Positions 12,868 to 23,257 of a stretch of 64,000 nt of DNA are shown here, piece by piece. The translations under genes were made by a program, and so were the position numbers. Within the stretch, counting starts at the first letter, position 1. Each line of letters starts with the position of its first letter. Below the pieces are notes generated by a model. That model did no database searches. It had not been told where the DNA came from and worked only from the letters and a program-made list of their open reading frames with translations. The DNA lies in the NCBI GenBank assembly GCA_034520165.1, contig JAXHNT010000043.1, positions 2,423-66,422 of the forward strand, read 5' to 3'. Source of the stretch: Ideonella sp. (lineage in GTDB: Bacteria; Pseudomonadota; Gammaproteobacteria; Burkholderiales; Burkholderiaceae_C).

Positions 12868-12892
12868 GTCGGCACGAACGAGGAGAAACAAC

Positions 12893-13324
12893 ATGCAACT
12901 CAATACTGTCAAGCCCGCTGAGGGCTCCAAGAAGGCTGCGCGTCGCGTAGGTCGTGGTATTGGCTCCGGATTGGGCAAGACCGCTGGTCGTGGCCACAAG
13001 GGCCAAAAGTCGCGTGCGGGTGGCTACCACAAGGTGGGCTTCGAAGGCGGTCAGATGCCGCTGCAACGCCGCTTGCCTAAGCGTGGCTTCAAGTCTGCTT
13101 TGTTGAAGTACAACGCTGAGCTGACTCTGTCCGAATTGCAAGCCTTTGGTGCTGACGAAATCGATCTGCTGGCTCTTAAGGCCGCTGGTCTGGTTCCGCA
13201 AATCGCTCGTAACGTCAAGGTGATCAAGTCCGGCGAGCTGACCAAGAAGGTCGTGCTCAGGGGTATTGGTGCCACTGCTGGCGCCAAAGCTGTGATCGAG
13301 GCCGCTGGCGGCCAAATCGCCTAA
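12893..13324 (+). CDS. rplO: 50S ribosomal protein L15
   Basis: [41 protein letters not shown]. Confidence 0.99.
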   Translation: MQLNTVKPAEGSKKAARRVGRGIGSGLGKTAGRGHKGQKSRAGGYHKVGFEGGQMPLQRRLPKRGFKSALLKYNAELTLSELQAFGADEIDLLALKAAGLVPQIARNVKVIKSGELTKKVVLRGIGATAGAKAVIEAAGGQIA

Positions 13325-13354
13325 GACTGGCGATTGATTAGGATTTGACCACTC

Positions 13355-14665
13355 GTGGCAACCTCTCAGACTCAGTTGGCTAAGAACGGCAAATTCGGCG
13401 ACCTCCGTCGTCGGCTTGTGTTCCTGCTGTTGGCCTTGGTGGTGTACCGGTTGGGGGCGCACATCCCCGTACCAGGTATCAACCCCACCCAGCTCCAGGA
13501 ACTGTTCAGTGGTCAGCAGGGCGGCATCCTGAACTTGTTCAACATGTTTTCGGGTGGCGCTCTGGAGCGATTCACCGTCTTTGCCTTGGGCATCATGCCC
13601 TACATCTCGGCTTCCATCATCATGCAGCTGATGGGGCACGTGGTGCCGACGCTTGAAGCTTTGAAGAAAGAGGGCGAAGCAGGCCGGCGAAAGATAACCC
13701 AGTACACCCGCTACGGTACCTTGGTGTTGGCGATCTTTCAGTCCCTGGGCATCGCCTTCGCGCTTGAAGGTAGTGCGGGACTGGTCATCACGCCGGGCTT
13801 TGGCTTCCGCATGACAGCGGTGGTGAGTTTGGTTGCCGGCACGATGTTCCTGATGTGGCTCGGTGAACAGATTACAGAACGGGGGCTGGGCAATGGCATC
13901 TCGATTCTGATTTTTGCGGGCATTGCTGCCGGTCTGCCTGGCGCTATTGGCGGTTTGTTTGAGTTGGTGCGTACCGGTGCGATGAGCATTCTGGTCAGCT
14001 TGGTCATCATTGCTCTGGCTGTCGGCGTGACCTACGCCGTGGTGTTTGTGGAGCGCGGTCAACGTAAGATTCTGGTGAACTATGCCAAGCGGCAAGTCGG
14101 CAACAAGGTCTATGGTGGCCAGTCATCCCACCTGCCGCTTAAGCTGAACATGTCGGGAGTGATTCCTCCGATCTTTGCCTCGTCGATCATCTTGCTGCCG
14201 GCCACGGTAGTGGGTTGGTTTGCGGCCGGTGACGACATGCGTTGGCTGAAGGACATCTCGTCAGCGTTGTCGCCGGGTCAGCCCATCTACGTTTTGCTGT
14301 ACGCAGCAATGATTGTGTTCTTCTGCTTTTTCTACACGGCGCTGGTGTTCAATAGTCGTGAAACTGCGGATAACCTGAAGAAAAGTGGTGCGTTTATTCC
14401 CGGTATTCGTCCCGGTGACCAGACCGCCAGGCACATTGACAAGATCTTGGCCCGACTGACTTTGGCGGGAGCGGTCTACATCACTTTGGTGTGCTTGCTA
14501 CCTGAATTCTTGATCTTGCAGTACAACGTTCCGTTCTATTTTGGTGGGACATCGCTGCTGATCATTGTGGTTGTGACAATGGATTTTTGGGCTCAGGTCC
14601 AGTCTTATGTGATGAGTCAGCAGTACGAGTCACTGTTAAAGAAGGCGAATTTCAAGGCAAGCTGA
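13355..14665 (+). CDS. secY: Preprotein translocase subunit SecY
   Basis: [45 protein letters not shown]; multiple hydrophobic segments. Confidence 0.99.
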   Translation: MATSQTQLAKNGKFGDLRRRLVFLLLALVVYRLGAHIPVPGINPTQLQELFSGQQGGILNLFNMFSGGALERFTVFALGIMPYISASIIMQLMGHVVPTLEALKKEGEAGRRKITQYTRYGTLVLAIFQSLGIAFALEGSAGLVITPGFGFRMTAVVSLVAGTMFLMWLGEQITERGLGNGISILIFAGIAAGLPGAIGGLFELVRTGAMSILVSLVIIALAVGVTYAVVFVERGQRKILVNYAKRQVGNKVYGGQSSHLPLKLNMSGVIPPIFASSIILLPATVVGWFAAGDDMRWLKDISSALSPGQPIYVLLYAAMIVFFCFFYTALVFNSRETADNLKKSGAFIPGIRPGDQTARHIDKILARLTLAGAVYITLVCLLPEFLILQYNVPFYFGGTSLLIIVVVTMDFWAQVQSYVMSQQYESLLKKANFKAS

Positions 14666-14696
14666 TCGGTGTGGGTCAGCTGCGGTTAGAGCAGCC

Positions 14697-14915
14697 ATGG
14701 CGAAAGACGACGTCACCCAGATGCAGGGTGAGATCCTCGAAAATTTGCCGAATGCCACCTTCCGTGTGAAGTTGGAAAACGGGAACAAGGTCTTGGGTCA
14801 CACTTCAGGCAAGATGCGCATGCACTACATACGCATCCTGCCTAGCGATCGGGTTACTGTCGATCTTACGCCGTACGATTTGAGTCGCGCTCAACTCGTG
14901 TTCCGCGCGAGGTGA
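14697..14915 (+). CDS. infA: Translation initiation factor IF-1 (unusually divergent)
   Basis: 72 aa; [31 protein letters not shown]; located between secY and rpmJ. Confidence 0.93.
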   Translation: MAKDDVTQMQGEILENLPNATFRVKLENGNKVLGHTSGKMRMHYIRILPSDRVTVDLTPYDLSRAQLVFRAR

Positions 14916-14942
14916 GTGTTTGAGTAGGTCAAGGAGAAGACC

Positions 14943-15056
14943 ATGAAAGTCGCAGCATCAGTCAAGAAGATGTGCCGCAATTGCAAAATTATCCGCCGCA
15001 ACGGGGTGGTTCGTGTGATCTGCACCGACCCGCGCCACAAGCAGCGGCAAGGCTAA
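14943..15056 (+). CDS. rpmJ: 50S ribosomal protein L36 (zinc-ribbon form); not in the ORF track
   Basis: Hand translation gives [37 protein letters not shown]; AAGGAG RBS. Confidence 0.98.
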   Translation: MKVAASVKKMCRNCKIIRRNGVVRVICTDPRHKQRQG

Positions 15057-15089
15057 GCGGCCTCGCTTGAGCGAATCGAAGGAAGCACA

Positions 15090-15455
15090 ATGGCACGTAT
15101 TGCTGGTATCAACGTTCCGCCGCAAAAGCACGCGGAAATCGGTCTGACTTATATCTTCGGCATCGGCCGTACCACCGCGCAGAAAATCTGCACCGCGGCT
15201 GGTATTCCGTTTACCAAGAAGGTCAAGGACCTGACTGACTCTGACCTGGAGAAGATCCGGGAAGAAGTCGGCAAGCTGACGATCGAAGGTGACCTGCGTC
15301 GGGAAACTTCGATCAACATCAAGCGCCTGATGGACTTGGGTTGCTATCGCGGCTTCCGCCATCGGCGCGGTTTGCCCATGCGTGGTCAGCGTACCCGCAC
15401 CAATGCACGTACCCGTAAGGGTCCGCGTAAAGGTGCTGCGGCGCTGAAGAAGTAA
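15090..15455 (+). CDS. rpsM: 30S ribosomal protein S13
   Basis: [29 protein letters not shown]. Confidence 0.99.
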   Translation: MARIAGINVPPQKHAEIGLTYIFGIGRTTAQKICTAAGIPFTKKVKDLTDSDLEKIREEVGKLTIEGDLRRETSINIKRLMDLGCYRGFRHRRGLPMRGQRTRTNARTRKGPRKGAAALKK

Positions 15456-15482
15456 GCCCACCCACTGACTGGTAGAAGATAA

Positions 15483-15887
15483 ATGGCAAAAGCACCCGCC
15501 AACAGCGCTGCACGTCGAGTAAGCAAGAAAGTCCGCAAGAATGTTGCGGACGGCATTGCCCACGTGCACGCCTCGTTCAACAACACCATCATCACCATCA
15601 CCGATCGTCAGGGCGGCGCGCTGTCCTGGGCTTCGTCGGGTGGTCAGGGTTTCAAGGGTTCGCGCAAGTCGACGCCTTTTGCAGCTCAGGTGGCTGCCGA
15701 AGTCGCAGGCCGTGCGGCCCAAGAACAAGGCATCAAGAATCTGGACGTCAAGATCAAGGGCCCAGGCCCTGGACGCGAGTCCTCGGTGCGTGCTCTGGCT
15801 TCGCTTGGCATCCGCATCAACTCCATCTCTGATGTGACGCCGGTGCCGCATAACGGCTGCCGTCCGCAAAAGCGTCGTCGCATCTGA
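15483..15887 (+). CDS. rpsK: 30S ribosomal protein S11
   Basis: [31 protein letters not shown]. Confidence 0.99.
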   Translation: MAKAPANSAARRVSKKVRKNVADGIAHVHASFNNTIITITDRQGGALSWASSGGQGFKGSRKSTPFAAQVAAEVAGRAAQEQGIKNLDVKIKGPGPGRESSVRALASLGIRINSISDVTPVPHNGCRPQKRRRI

Positions 15888-15913
15888 GTTGAAAGCGGGG
15901 TTCGCAATAACCC

Positions 15914-15922
15914 TGCTACAAT
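15914..15922 (+). promoter_or_regulatory. Putative extended -10 promoter upstream of rpsD
   Basis: TGcTACAAT in the 216-nt rpsK-rpsD gap. Confidence 0.5.
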
Positions 15923-16103
15923 CAAGAGTTGCCTGAACGCCGGCGATGGAGAACTCCATCGTCGGCTGTTTCGACTCTGGCAATTTGTAAGCCCACCGTC
16001 TGCGCATCGTCACCCGGCCATTGGTTAGGGCGCTCGCCAGACTTGCGTGTCCTGCAAGCATCTGCTTGTGGGTGCACGTCAGACCATCTCATAAGGAAGC
16101 AAC

Positions 16104-16727
16104 GTGGCACGTTACCTCGGCCCCAAGGCCAAACTTTCCCGCCGTGAAGGCACTGACTTGTTCCTGAAGAGCGCGCGCCGCGCGATCAGCGACAAGGCCA
16201 AGTTCGACTCCAAGCCTGGCCAGCACGGCCGCACTTCGGGTCAGCGCACGTCGGACTTCGGTCTGCAATTGCGTGAGAAGCAAAAGGTCAAGCGCATGTA
16301 TGGCGTGCTGGAGCGTCAGTTCCGCCGCTACTTCGCTGAAGCGGATCGTCGCAAGGGCAGCACCGGCGCCAACTTGCTGACGATCCTTGAATCCCGCCTT
16401 GACAACGTTGTCTATCGCATGGGTTTCGGTTCGACCCGCGCTGAAGCCCGCCAGTTGGTGTCCCACAAGGCGCTGACGGTCAATGGCGTCGTGGTGAACA
16501 TTCCTTCCTATCAAGTCAAGGCGGGTGACGTGGTCGCCATCCGTGAAAAGGCCAAGAAGCAGCTGCGCGTTGCGGACTCGCTCAAGCTGGCTGAGTCGAT
16601 TGGCTTGCCTGCTTGGGTCTCGGTGGACGCCACCAAGCTGGAAGGTACGTTCAAGAAGGCCCCGGACCGTGACGAGTTCGGCGCTGAAATCAACGAGTCA
16701 CTCATCGTCGAGTTGTACTCGCGTTGA
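16104..16727 (+). CDS. rpsD: 30S ribosomal protein S4
   Basis: [35 protein letters not shown]; GTG start. Confidence 0.99.
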   Translation: MARYLGPKAKLSRREGTDLFLKSARRAISDKAKFDSKPGQHGRTSGQRTSDFGLQLREKQKVKRMYGVLERQFRRYFAEADRRKGSTGANLLTILESRLDNVVYRMGFGSTRAEARQLVSHKALTVNGVVVNIPSYQVKAGDVVAIREKAKKQLRVADSLKLAESIGLPAWVSVDATKLEGTFKKAPDRDEFGAEINESLIVELYSR

Positions 16728-16871
16728 TGTTGGCTGCTGGCTGGCGGGTTCGCCCTTGCCAGCCACACCCCGCTGCGGCATGCCGGTTCCGTGGCGAGTT
16801 TTCGCTTCCGGCGTGGTCCGTCAGCCTTATCGGTGTAACGAGCCGAGGGTATTGAGAGGAACAGGACTTAA

Positions 16872-17858
16872 ATGCAAACCAATCTGCTGAAACCCAAAGC
16901 CATCGTTGCGGAACCCCTGGGCGGGCACCGCGCCAAAGTCACGCTGGAGCCGTTTGAGCGTGGTTACGGACACACGCTCGGCAATGCGCTGCGTCGTGTG
17001 CTCTTGTCCTCAATGGTGGGCTACGCGCCGACCGAGGTGACGATCGCTGGTGTTCTGCATGAGTACTCCACCATCGACGGCGTGTCCGAAGATGTGGTTC
17101 ACATCATGCTGAACCTGAAAGGCGTAGTCTTCCGGCTTCATAATCGCGACGAAGTCACTTTGGTGCTGCGCAAAGAAGGCGAAGGCCCTGTGACGGCTGC
17201 TGATATTCAGACGCCGCACGACGTTGAAATTGTGAACCCTGAGCATGTGATTGCTAACTTGGCGCAGGGCGGCAAGCTGGACATGCAGATCAAGGTCGAG
17301 AAGGGGCGCGGCTATGTGCCCGGCACCATGCGTCGACATGGCGACGAGCCAACAAAGTCTATTGGCCGCATCGTTCTGGATGCATCCTTCTCGCCGGTCA
17401 GGCGCGTCAGCTACGCCGTTGAGAATGCGCGTGTCGAGCAGCGTACCGACCTTGACAAGCTGGTCATGGAGATCGAAACCAACGGCGCCATCTCGCCTGA
17501 GGAAGCGATTCGTGCGTCAGCCAAGATCTTGGTGGAGCAACTCGCCGTCTTCGCTCAACTGGATGCCGGTGATCTCACCGACATGACTGCACCCGCCAAG
17601 AGTTCCGCAGTCTTCGATCCAATTCTGCTGCGTCCTGTAGACGAGTTGGAATTGACCGTGCGTTCCGCCAACTGCTTGAAGGCTGAGAACATTTACTACA
17701 TTGGCGACTTGATCCAGCGTACTGAGACTGAGTTGCTCAAGACGCCGAATCTGGGTCGTAAGTCGCTTAACGAGATCAAAGAAGTGCTGGCCTCGCGTGG
17801 CCTCACCCTGGGTGCCCGTCTGGAAAGCTGGCCACCCCAAGGTTTGGACAAGCGCTGA
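16872..17858 (+). CDS. rpoA: RNA polymerase subunit alpha
   Basis: [55 protein letters not shown]. Confidence 0.99.
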   Translation: MQTNLLKPKAIVAEPLGGHRAKVTLEPFERGYGHTLGNALRRVLLSSMVGYAPTEVTIAGVLHEYSTIDGVSEDVVHIMLNLKGVVFRLHNRDEVTLVLRKEGEGPVTAADIQTPHDVEIVNPEHVIANLAQGGKLDMQIKVEKGRGYVPGTMRRHGDEPTKSIGRIVLDASFSPVRRVSYAVENARVEQRTDLDKLVMEIETNGAISPEEAIRASAKILVEQLAVFAQLDAGDLTDMTAPAKSSAVFDPILLRPVDELELTVRSANCLKAENIYYIGDLIQRTETELLKTPNLGRKSLNEIKEVLASRGLTLGARLESWPPQGLDKR

Positions 17859-17862
17859 TCTG

Positions 17863-17954
17863 GCCCACCCCCTACTGGCTTCGCCAGCCCCCTCAAGGGG
17901 GGGCGCACTCAGTGGCCCGGCAGAGCCGGTTCCACGATTGCCAGTTGGATAGGG
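17863..17954 (+). repeat. Multi-hairpin palindromic repeat, copy 2 (type A), rpoA-rplQ spacer
   Basis: GCCCACCCCCTAC, CTGGC-TTC-GCCAG, GCCCCCTCAAGGGGG, GTGG-CCCGGCAGAGCCGGTT-CCAC, and a closing CCCTA/TAGGG. Confidence 0.85.
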
Positions 17955-18048
17955 CGCTCTTTTGGAAGATGGTGGGCAGTACGCCCACCGGTGCACCCAG
18001 CAGTACCTGATCCGGCTGCTGGCTATTACTCAAGGAAAGGAAAGCACC

Positions 18049-18444
18049 ATGCGTCACCGTAACGGCCTCCGTAAACTCAATCGCACCAGCGAACATCGCG
18101 CAGCCATGCTGCGCAATATGTGCGTCTCGCTGCTTCAGCACGAAGCCATCAAGACCACCGTGCCCAAGGCTAAGGAACTGCGTCGCGTCGTCGAGCCGCT
18201 GATCACCTTGGCCAAGGAAGCCACCGTTGCGAATCGTCGCTTGGCCTTCGCACGTCTGCGCGACCGCGACGTCGTCACCAAGCTCTTCAACGAATTGGGT
18301 CCGCGTTACAACGCTCGTCCGGGCGGCTACACCCGCATCCTGAAGATGGGTTTCCGCGTCGGCGACAATGCGCCTATGGCGTATGTGGAACTGGTGGATC
18401 GACCTGAAGTTCAGGCTGAAGCGACGCCTGCTGCGGCAGAGTAA
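18049..18444 (+). CDS. rplQ: 50S ribosomal protein L17
   Basis: [34 protein letters not shown]; start reset to the ATG after GGAAAGGA. Confidence 0.99.
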   Translation: MRHRNGLRKLNRTSEHRAAMLRNMCVSLLQHEAIKTTVPKAKELRRVVEPLITLAKEATVANRRLAFARLRDRDVVTKLFNELGPRYNARPGGYTRILKMGFRVGDNAPMAYVELVDRPEVQAEATPAAAE

Positions 18445-18480
18445 AGCGTCCAGGTCTTCGGACCGGGCACTCGTCCACAG

Positions 18481-18506
18481 AAAGGGTCGGCACAGCCGAC
18501 CCTTTT
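18481..18506 (+). terminator. Rho-independent terminator of the alpha operon
   Basis: AAAGGGTCGGC-ACA-GCCGACCCTTTT. Confidence 0.8.
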
Positions 18507-18651
18507 GCATTCTGAGCCCGTGCTTCACAGCACAGTCATGTGTAGGGCAGCACGACAGGAGTTTCGCGGAACTTTCTCCCGCCTTCGGCCCTCCATCAGC
18601 GACCACTCATTGATGGGCGGCGTGAAAGCGCCGTACCGGATAATCTAAGCC

Positions 18652-20523
18652 ATGAGCATTTCTTCTGGACCTCTGCAGCTACAGCGCTGGATGACATTCT
18701 GGGTGGCCTGTGCTTGGTTCCTGATCGGGGGGGCTTTGCTGCCCGCTCAGGCGGCCCAAGAATTTTTGGAGCCGGAGCAGGCGTTCAAGATCAGCGTCTC
18801 TGTGCTGGATGACCGGACTGCCCAAGTCAACTTCGATGTTGCGCCCGGCTACTACCTTTATCGTGAGCGTCTGTCAGTCTCGGCCGAGGGGGCGGTCTTG
18901 GGTCCGGTGACGCTGCCTCCGGGCAAGGTGAAGTTTGACGAAACCTTCCAAAAAGAAGTCGAGACCTGGCGCGAGCGAGTCACCTTCTCGGTGCCGGTAG
19001 AGCAGGCCACTGGCCCGTTCTTGCTGCAGGTCACGAGCCAAGGCTGCGCTGATGCCGGCCTTTGCTATCCACCCATGACCAGCCCGGTGCAGTTGTCGCT
19101 TAAAGCCTTCGGAGGCGTCGGCACGGCGATTCTTGTGTCGGATGCTGGTGTGCCCGCTGCAGGGTTGCTCGGCTTGGTCACAAGCTCGCCTAGCGCCCAA
19201 AACCCGCCCTCCGCTGCCCGAACTCTTGATACCTCAGAGGGGTCCCGTATTGAGCAGTTGCTGCAAGGGGGCTCGTATCTCACAGTCGTTGGCGGGTTTG
19301 CGCTCATGGGTCTGCTCTTGGCCTTCACGCCCTGTGTGTTGCCCATGCTGCCCATCTTGTCCTCCATCATTGCCGGCGATGGCGAGGTCAGCCGGCGTCG
19401 CGGCTTGGCGTTGGCCTTTGCCTACTCCTTGGGCATGTCCCTGGTCTACACCGCCTTAGGGGTGGCAGCAGGATTGGCCGGAGAGGGCCTTGCCGCTGCC
19501 CTGCAGAAGCCGTGGGTGTTGATATCGTTCGGCCTGCTGTTGGCGGTGCTGTCCCTGTCTATGTTTGACGTCTTTGAGCTGCGCTTGCCGTTGTCGCTGT
19601 CTGGGCGTCTCGACGGGATCTCCAGGCAACTGCCGGGCGGCAAGTTCGCGGGCGTGTTTTTGATGGGTGGTCTTTCCGCCTTGATCGTCAGCCCCTGCGT
19701 AACGGCGCCCTTGGCGGGAGCGCTGCTCTTCTTGAGCAAGACGGGCGATGTCTGGTTGGCGGGTTCAGCCCTGTTTGCCATGGCCTGGGGCATGAGCGTG
19801 CCCTTGCTGATTCTGGGTGCATCGGCGGGACGGTGGCTGCCGCGCTCGGGCTCTTGGATGCACGCCATTAAGCGCTTCTTTGGGCTCCTGCTGCTGGGGG
19901 TCGCACTGTGGATCGTTCAACCTGTATTGCCCATTGCCATGGTGTTGGCGGCTTGGGGTGGTTTGGCCCTGGTGGCCGGTTTCATGTTGCGGCCCTTTGA
20001 TCCGCATCCGCACAGTGCGGCTCCTCGGGTGGCATTGCAGCGCGCAGGCGGCCTGGCCTTGTTGACCGTCGGTGTGCTGCAGCTCGCGGGCGCAAGCTCC
20101 GGGAGCACGGATCCGCTGCAGCCCTTAGGCCATTGGGGGCGCACTGCGTCGGCATCTGCTTCGGCAAGTCTGCCATTTCAAAAAGTGAAGTCAGTGGCTG
20201 AACTTGAAGGGCTTCTGAAAGCTGCCGGTCGGCCAGTGATGCTGGACTTCTATGCCGACTGGTGCGTGTCATGTAAAGAGATGGAGCGCTTCACCTTCTC
20301 CGACCCGGCCGTGCAGGCCCGACTCTCTAAAGCTTTGCTCCTGAAAGCAGATGTCACCGCCAACAGCCCTGACGACAAAGCCTTGCTTAAACGCTTTCAC
20401 CTTTTCGGCCCGCCGGGCATCATTTTCTTTGACCCGCAGGGCAAGGAGATCCCTGATGTTCGTGTTATGGGCTTCCAGTCCGCCAGGGACTTTGAGAAAA
20501 CTTTAGTGGCGGCTGGCCTTTGA
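18652..20523 (+). CDS. dsbD: Thiol:disulfide interchange protein DsbD
   Basis: N-domain QGCADAGLCYPP; transmembrane FTPCVLPM and VSPCVTAP; thioredoxin DFYADWCVSCK. Confidence 0.96.
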   Translation: MSISSGPLQLQRWMTFWVACAWFLIGGALLPAQAAQEFLEPEQAFKISVSVLDDRTAQVNFDVAPGYYLYRERLSVSAEGAVLGPVTLPPGKVKFDETFQKEVETWRERVTFSVPVEQATGPFLLQVTSQGCADAGLCYPPMTSPVQLSLKAFGGVGTAILVSDAGVPAAGLLGLVTSSPSAQNPPSAARTLDTSEGSRIEQLLQGGSYLTVVGGFALMGLLLAFTPCVLPMLPILSSIIAGDGEVSRRRGLALAFAYSLGMSLVYTALGVAAGLAGEGLAAALQKPWVLISFGLLLAVLSLSMFDVFELRLPLSLSGRLDGISRQLPGGKFAGVFLMGGLSALIVSPCVTAPLAGALLFLSKTGDVWLAGSALFAMAWGMSVPLLILGASAGRWLPRSGSWMHAIKRFFGLLLLGVALWIVQPVLPIAMVLAAWGGLALVAGFMLRPFDPHPHSAAPRVALQRAGGLALLTVGVLQLAGASSGSTDPLQPLGHWGRTASASASASLPFQKVKSVAELEGLLKAAGRPVMLDFYADWCVSCKEMERFTFSDPAVQARLSKALLLKADVTANSPDDKALLKRFHLFGPPGIIFFDPQGKEIPDVRVMGFQSARDFEKTLVAAGL

Positions 20524-20554
20524 GGCCAATCCGTGCCATAATCTAAGCTTCAGT

Positions 20555-20632
<78 letters not shown>

Positions 20633-20667
20633 ATCAGTAGCAGCAGTCAGTAGGCTGCTGTTGGCCG

Positions 20668-20706
20668 AAAGCCCTCTCTGCCCCGTGTAGCGAGGGCTTT
20701 TTGTTT
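20668..20706 (+). terminator. Probable terminator after tRNA-fMet
   Basis: AAAGCCCTC...GAGGGCTTT followed by TTGTTT. Confidence 0.65.
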
Positions 20707-20835
20707 GGGGCATCCGCGAAGTGGACTGCGGGCTTCCCCGGGGCTTGCAAAGCAGCGCGCAGTCCGCACCTAGAATCCGCTTCTGGTGTGGGCTCACGCT
20801 TGCCGTGGCCCTTGTTTGACTCTAAAGGAACTGTC

Positions 20836-21162
20836 GTGTTTATTTCCAGCGCGTATGCCCAGGCTGCCCCAGCAGCCGCCCCTTCCGGTGCCAGTGGCCT
20901 GATGTCTTTTTTGCCGCTTGTATTGATGTTCGTGGTGTTGTACTTCATCATGATCCGCCCACAGATGAAGCGCCAGAAAGAACACCGGGCCATGATTGAT
21001 GCATTGGCCAAAGGCGACGAAGTGGTCATCGCAGGCGGCGTGCTTGGCAAAATTGCAAAGCTCGGCGAAGCCTACGTCCACGTCGAAGTCACGCAGGGTG
21101 TCGAGCTGCAAGTCCAGCGTGCTTCGGTGCTGCAGGTGTTGCCCAAGGGCAGCGTGAAGTAA
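20836..21162 (+). CDS. yajC: Preprotein translocase subunit YajC
   Basis: GTG start after AAGGA; FISSAYAQ, YFIMIRPQMKRQKEH, LAKGDEV. Confidence 0.96.
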   Translation: MFISSAYAQAAPAAAPSGASGLMSFLPLVLMFVVLYFIMIRPQMKRQKEHRAMIDALAKGDEVVIAGGVLGKIAKLGEAYVHVEVTQGVELQVQRASVLQVLPKGSVK

Positions 21163-21249
21163 TCACAGCTTCTTCTGGGTCTGGGGCATGGCCATTGCTG
21201 AGCCCCTTCCTCTCTCTTGACCCAGGCCTTGAGGCCTGAGGATGCACGC

Positions 21250-23181
21250 ATGAACCGCTATCCCGTGTGGAAGTACCTGATCCTGGCCGTCTCGCTGGTG
21301 GTGGGTCTGATCTATACCTTGCCGAACCTCTTTGGCGAGGCGCCTGCCATCCAAGTCTCGAGCGGCAAGGTCACCGTCAAAGTCACACCGGCTATGGTCT
21401 CGCAACTCGAGACGATCTTGACAGATGCGGGCGTCAAACCGGATTTCATCCAGCTTGACGGCAACTCCGTCAAGGCGAGATTCCAAGACACAGACACCCA
21501 GATCAAGGCCAAGGACGCGATCAGCCGTGCATTGAACCCGGACCCGGACAATCCCAGCTATGTAGTGGCCTTCAATCTGATTTCCCGCTCGCCGCAGTGG
21601 TTGACCGCACTCCATGCCAACCCCATGTATCTGGGCTTGGACCTTCGTGGAGGCGTTCACTTCTTGATGCAAGTCGATATGCGTGCCGCCTTAACGAAGA
21701 AGGCGGAGTCACTCACCAACGATGTGCGCTCTCTCTTGCGCGAGAAGAACATCCGTCACGCAGGCATCAGCCGTGATGGCAACGATGTGCATGTGCTGTT
21801 TCGCGACGCAGCCCTTCGCTCAGCAGCCAAGAATGCTTTGTCGGACAGTCAAGTCGATGTGGCGTGGACGGAGCAAGCCGAAAGCAATGGCGACTTCAGG
21901 CTCATTGGAGCGCTCATGCCTGAGGCTGCCCGCAAAGTTCAGGATGCAGCCCTCAAGCAGAACATTACCACGTTGCACAATCGGGTGAACGAACTTGGCG
22001 TGGCTGAGCCCGTCATTGCGCAGCAAGGCCTCGATCGCGTGGTCATCCAGTTGCCGGGTGTGCAAGATACCGCCAAGGCCAAAGACATCATTGGCCGAAC
22101 TGCCACGCTGGAATTGCGCATGGTCGATGACAGCGCGGAGGCCAGCGCGGCTGCGGCCGGCACTGGTCCTGTTCCGTTTGGCACTGAGCGATATGTGGAG
22201 CGCGGCGGAGCGCCTCTGATCGTCAAGAAGCAAGTGGTCTTGACTGGCGAATCCCTGTCAGACGCACAGCCTGGGTTTGACCAAAACCAGCAGCCCTCCG
22301 TTTCGTTAAGCGTAGACGCCAAAGGCGCGCGAATCATGCGCGATGTCTCCCGAGAGAACATCGGCAAGCGCATGGCCATCCTGATCTTTGAAAAGGGCAA
22401 GGGCGAGGTCGTGACGGCTCCGGTCATTCGGGGCGAGCTCGGCGCACGATTTGAGATCACGGGGCGCATGAGCACCCAAGAGGCGAATGACACGGCTCTG
22501 TTGCTGCGCGCTGGCTCCTTGGCTGCGCCGATGGAGATCATTGAAGAGCGCACCATCGGCCCCAGTTTAGGAAAAGAGAACATCGACAAGGGCTTCAACA
22601 GCGTGATTTGGGGCTTTGCTGCGGTAGCAGTATTCATGTGCGTCTATTACGCCTTGTTTGGCGTGTTTTCAACACTGGCTTTGGGCTTCAACCTGCTCTT
22701 GCTGGTTGCACTGTTGTCGATGTTGCAGGCGACGCTGTCGCTGCCCGGCATGGCGGCAATTGCTTTGGCGCTGGGCATGGCCATCGACGCCAATGTGTTG
22801 ATCAACGAACGCGTTCGAGAGGAGCTGCGCGCTGGAGCGGCACCTCAGGCGGCCATCAATGCGGGCTATGAGCGCGCATGGGCCACCATTCTTGACTCCA
22901 ACATCACCACCCTGATTGCTGGTTTGGCCTTATTGGTCTTCGGGTCGGGGCCGATCAAGGGCTTTGCAGTCGTGCATTGCCTGGGCATTGCCACGTCCAT
23001 GTTCTCTGCCGTGATGTTCTCCAGAGGCTTGGTCAATCTTTGGTACGGCGGCCAGAAGAAACTCAGAACCGTGTCCATTGGCCAAGTGTGGCGCCCGAAG
23101 GCCGAGCAAAGCACGCCCTCGCCCGACGGAGAGGCCGCAGCGATGTCGGCGTCGAGCAGCGAACCGAACACGGGCCGCTGA
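21250..23181 (+). CDS. secD: Protein translocase subunit SecD
   Basis: LGLDLRGGVHF, RVNELGVAEP, IGPSLG, GMAIDANVLINER, DSNITT. Confidence 0.98.
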   Translation: MNRYPVWKYLILAVSLVVGLIYTLPNLFGEAPAIQVSSGKVTVKVTPAMVSQLETILTDAGVKPDFIQLDGNSVKARFQDTDTQIKAKDAISRALNPDPDNPSYVVAFNLISRSPQWLTALHANPMYLGLDLRGGVHFLMQVDMRAALTKKAESLTNDVRSLLREKNIRHAGISRDGNDVHVLFRDAALRSAAKNALSDSQVDVAWTEQAESNGDFRLIGALMPEAARKVQDAALKQNITTLHNRVNELGVAEPVIAQQGLDRVVIQLPGVQDTAKAKDIIGRTATLELRMVDDSAEASAAAAGTGPVPFGTERYVERGGAPLIVKKQVVLTGESLSDAQPGFDQNQQPSVSLSVDAKGARIMRDVSRENIGKRMAILIFEKGKGEVVTAPVIRGELGARFEITGRMSTQEANDTALLLRAGSLAAPMEIIEERTIGPSLGKENIDKGFNSVIWGFAAVAVFMCVYYALFGVFSTLALGFNLLLLVALLSMLQATLSLPGMAAIALALGMAIDANVLINERVREELRAGAAPQAAINAGYERAWATILDSNITTLIAGLALLVFGSGPIKGFAVVHCLGIATSMFSAVMFSRGLVNLWYGGQKKLRTVSIGQVWRPKAEQSTPSPDGEAAAMSASSSEPNTGR

Positions 23182-23257
23182 GCGCTTCTTTTTCCATCAA
23201 CGGCGATGCGGCGCCTGCGGCGCCCATCAGCCTTGAGACTCAGATCAGGACTCCATC

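Noticed and set aside
10465-15056. Zinc-free S14 together with zinc-ribbon L36
   Set aside because: This is the ordinary proteobacterial combination.
17962-18048. N-terminal extensions in the ORF track (rplQ, and similarly fba, yajC, dacB, LysM, tsaC)
   Set aside because: These come from upstream in-frame starts; RBS position and homology place the real starts downstream.
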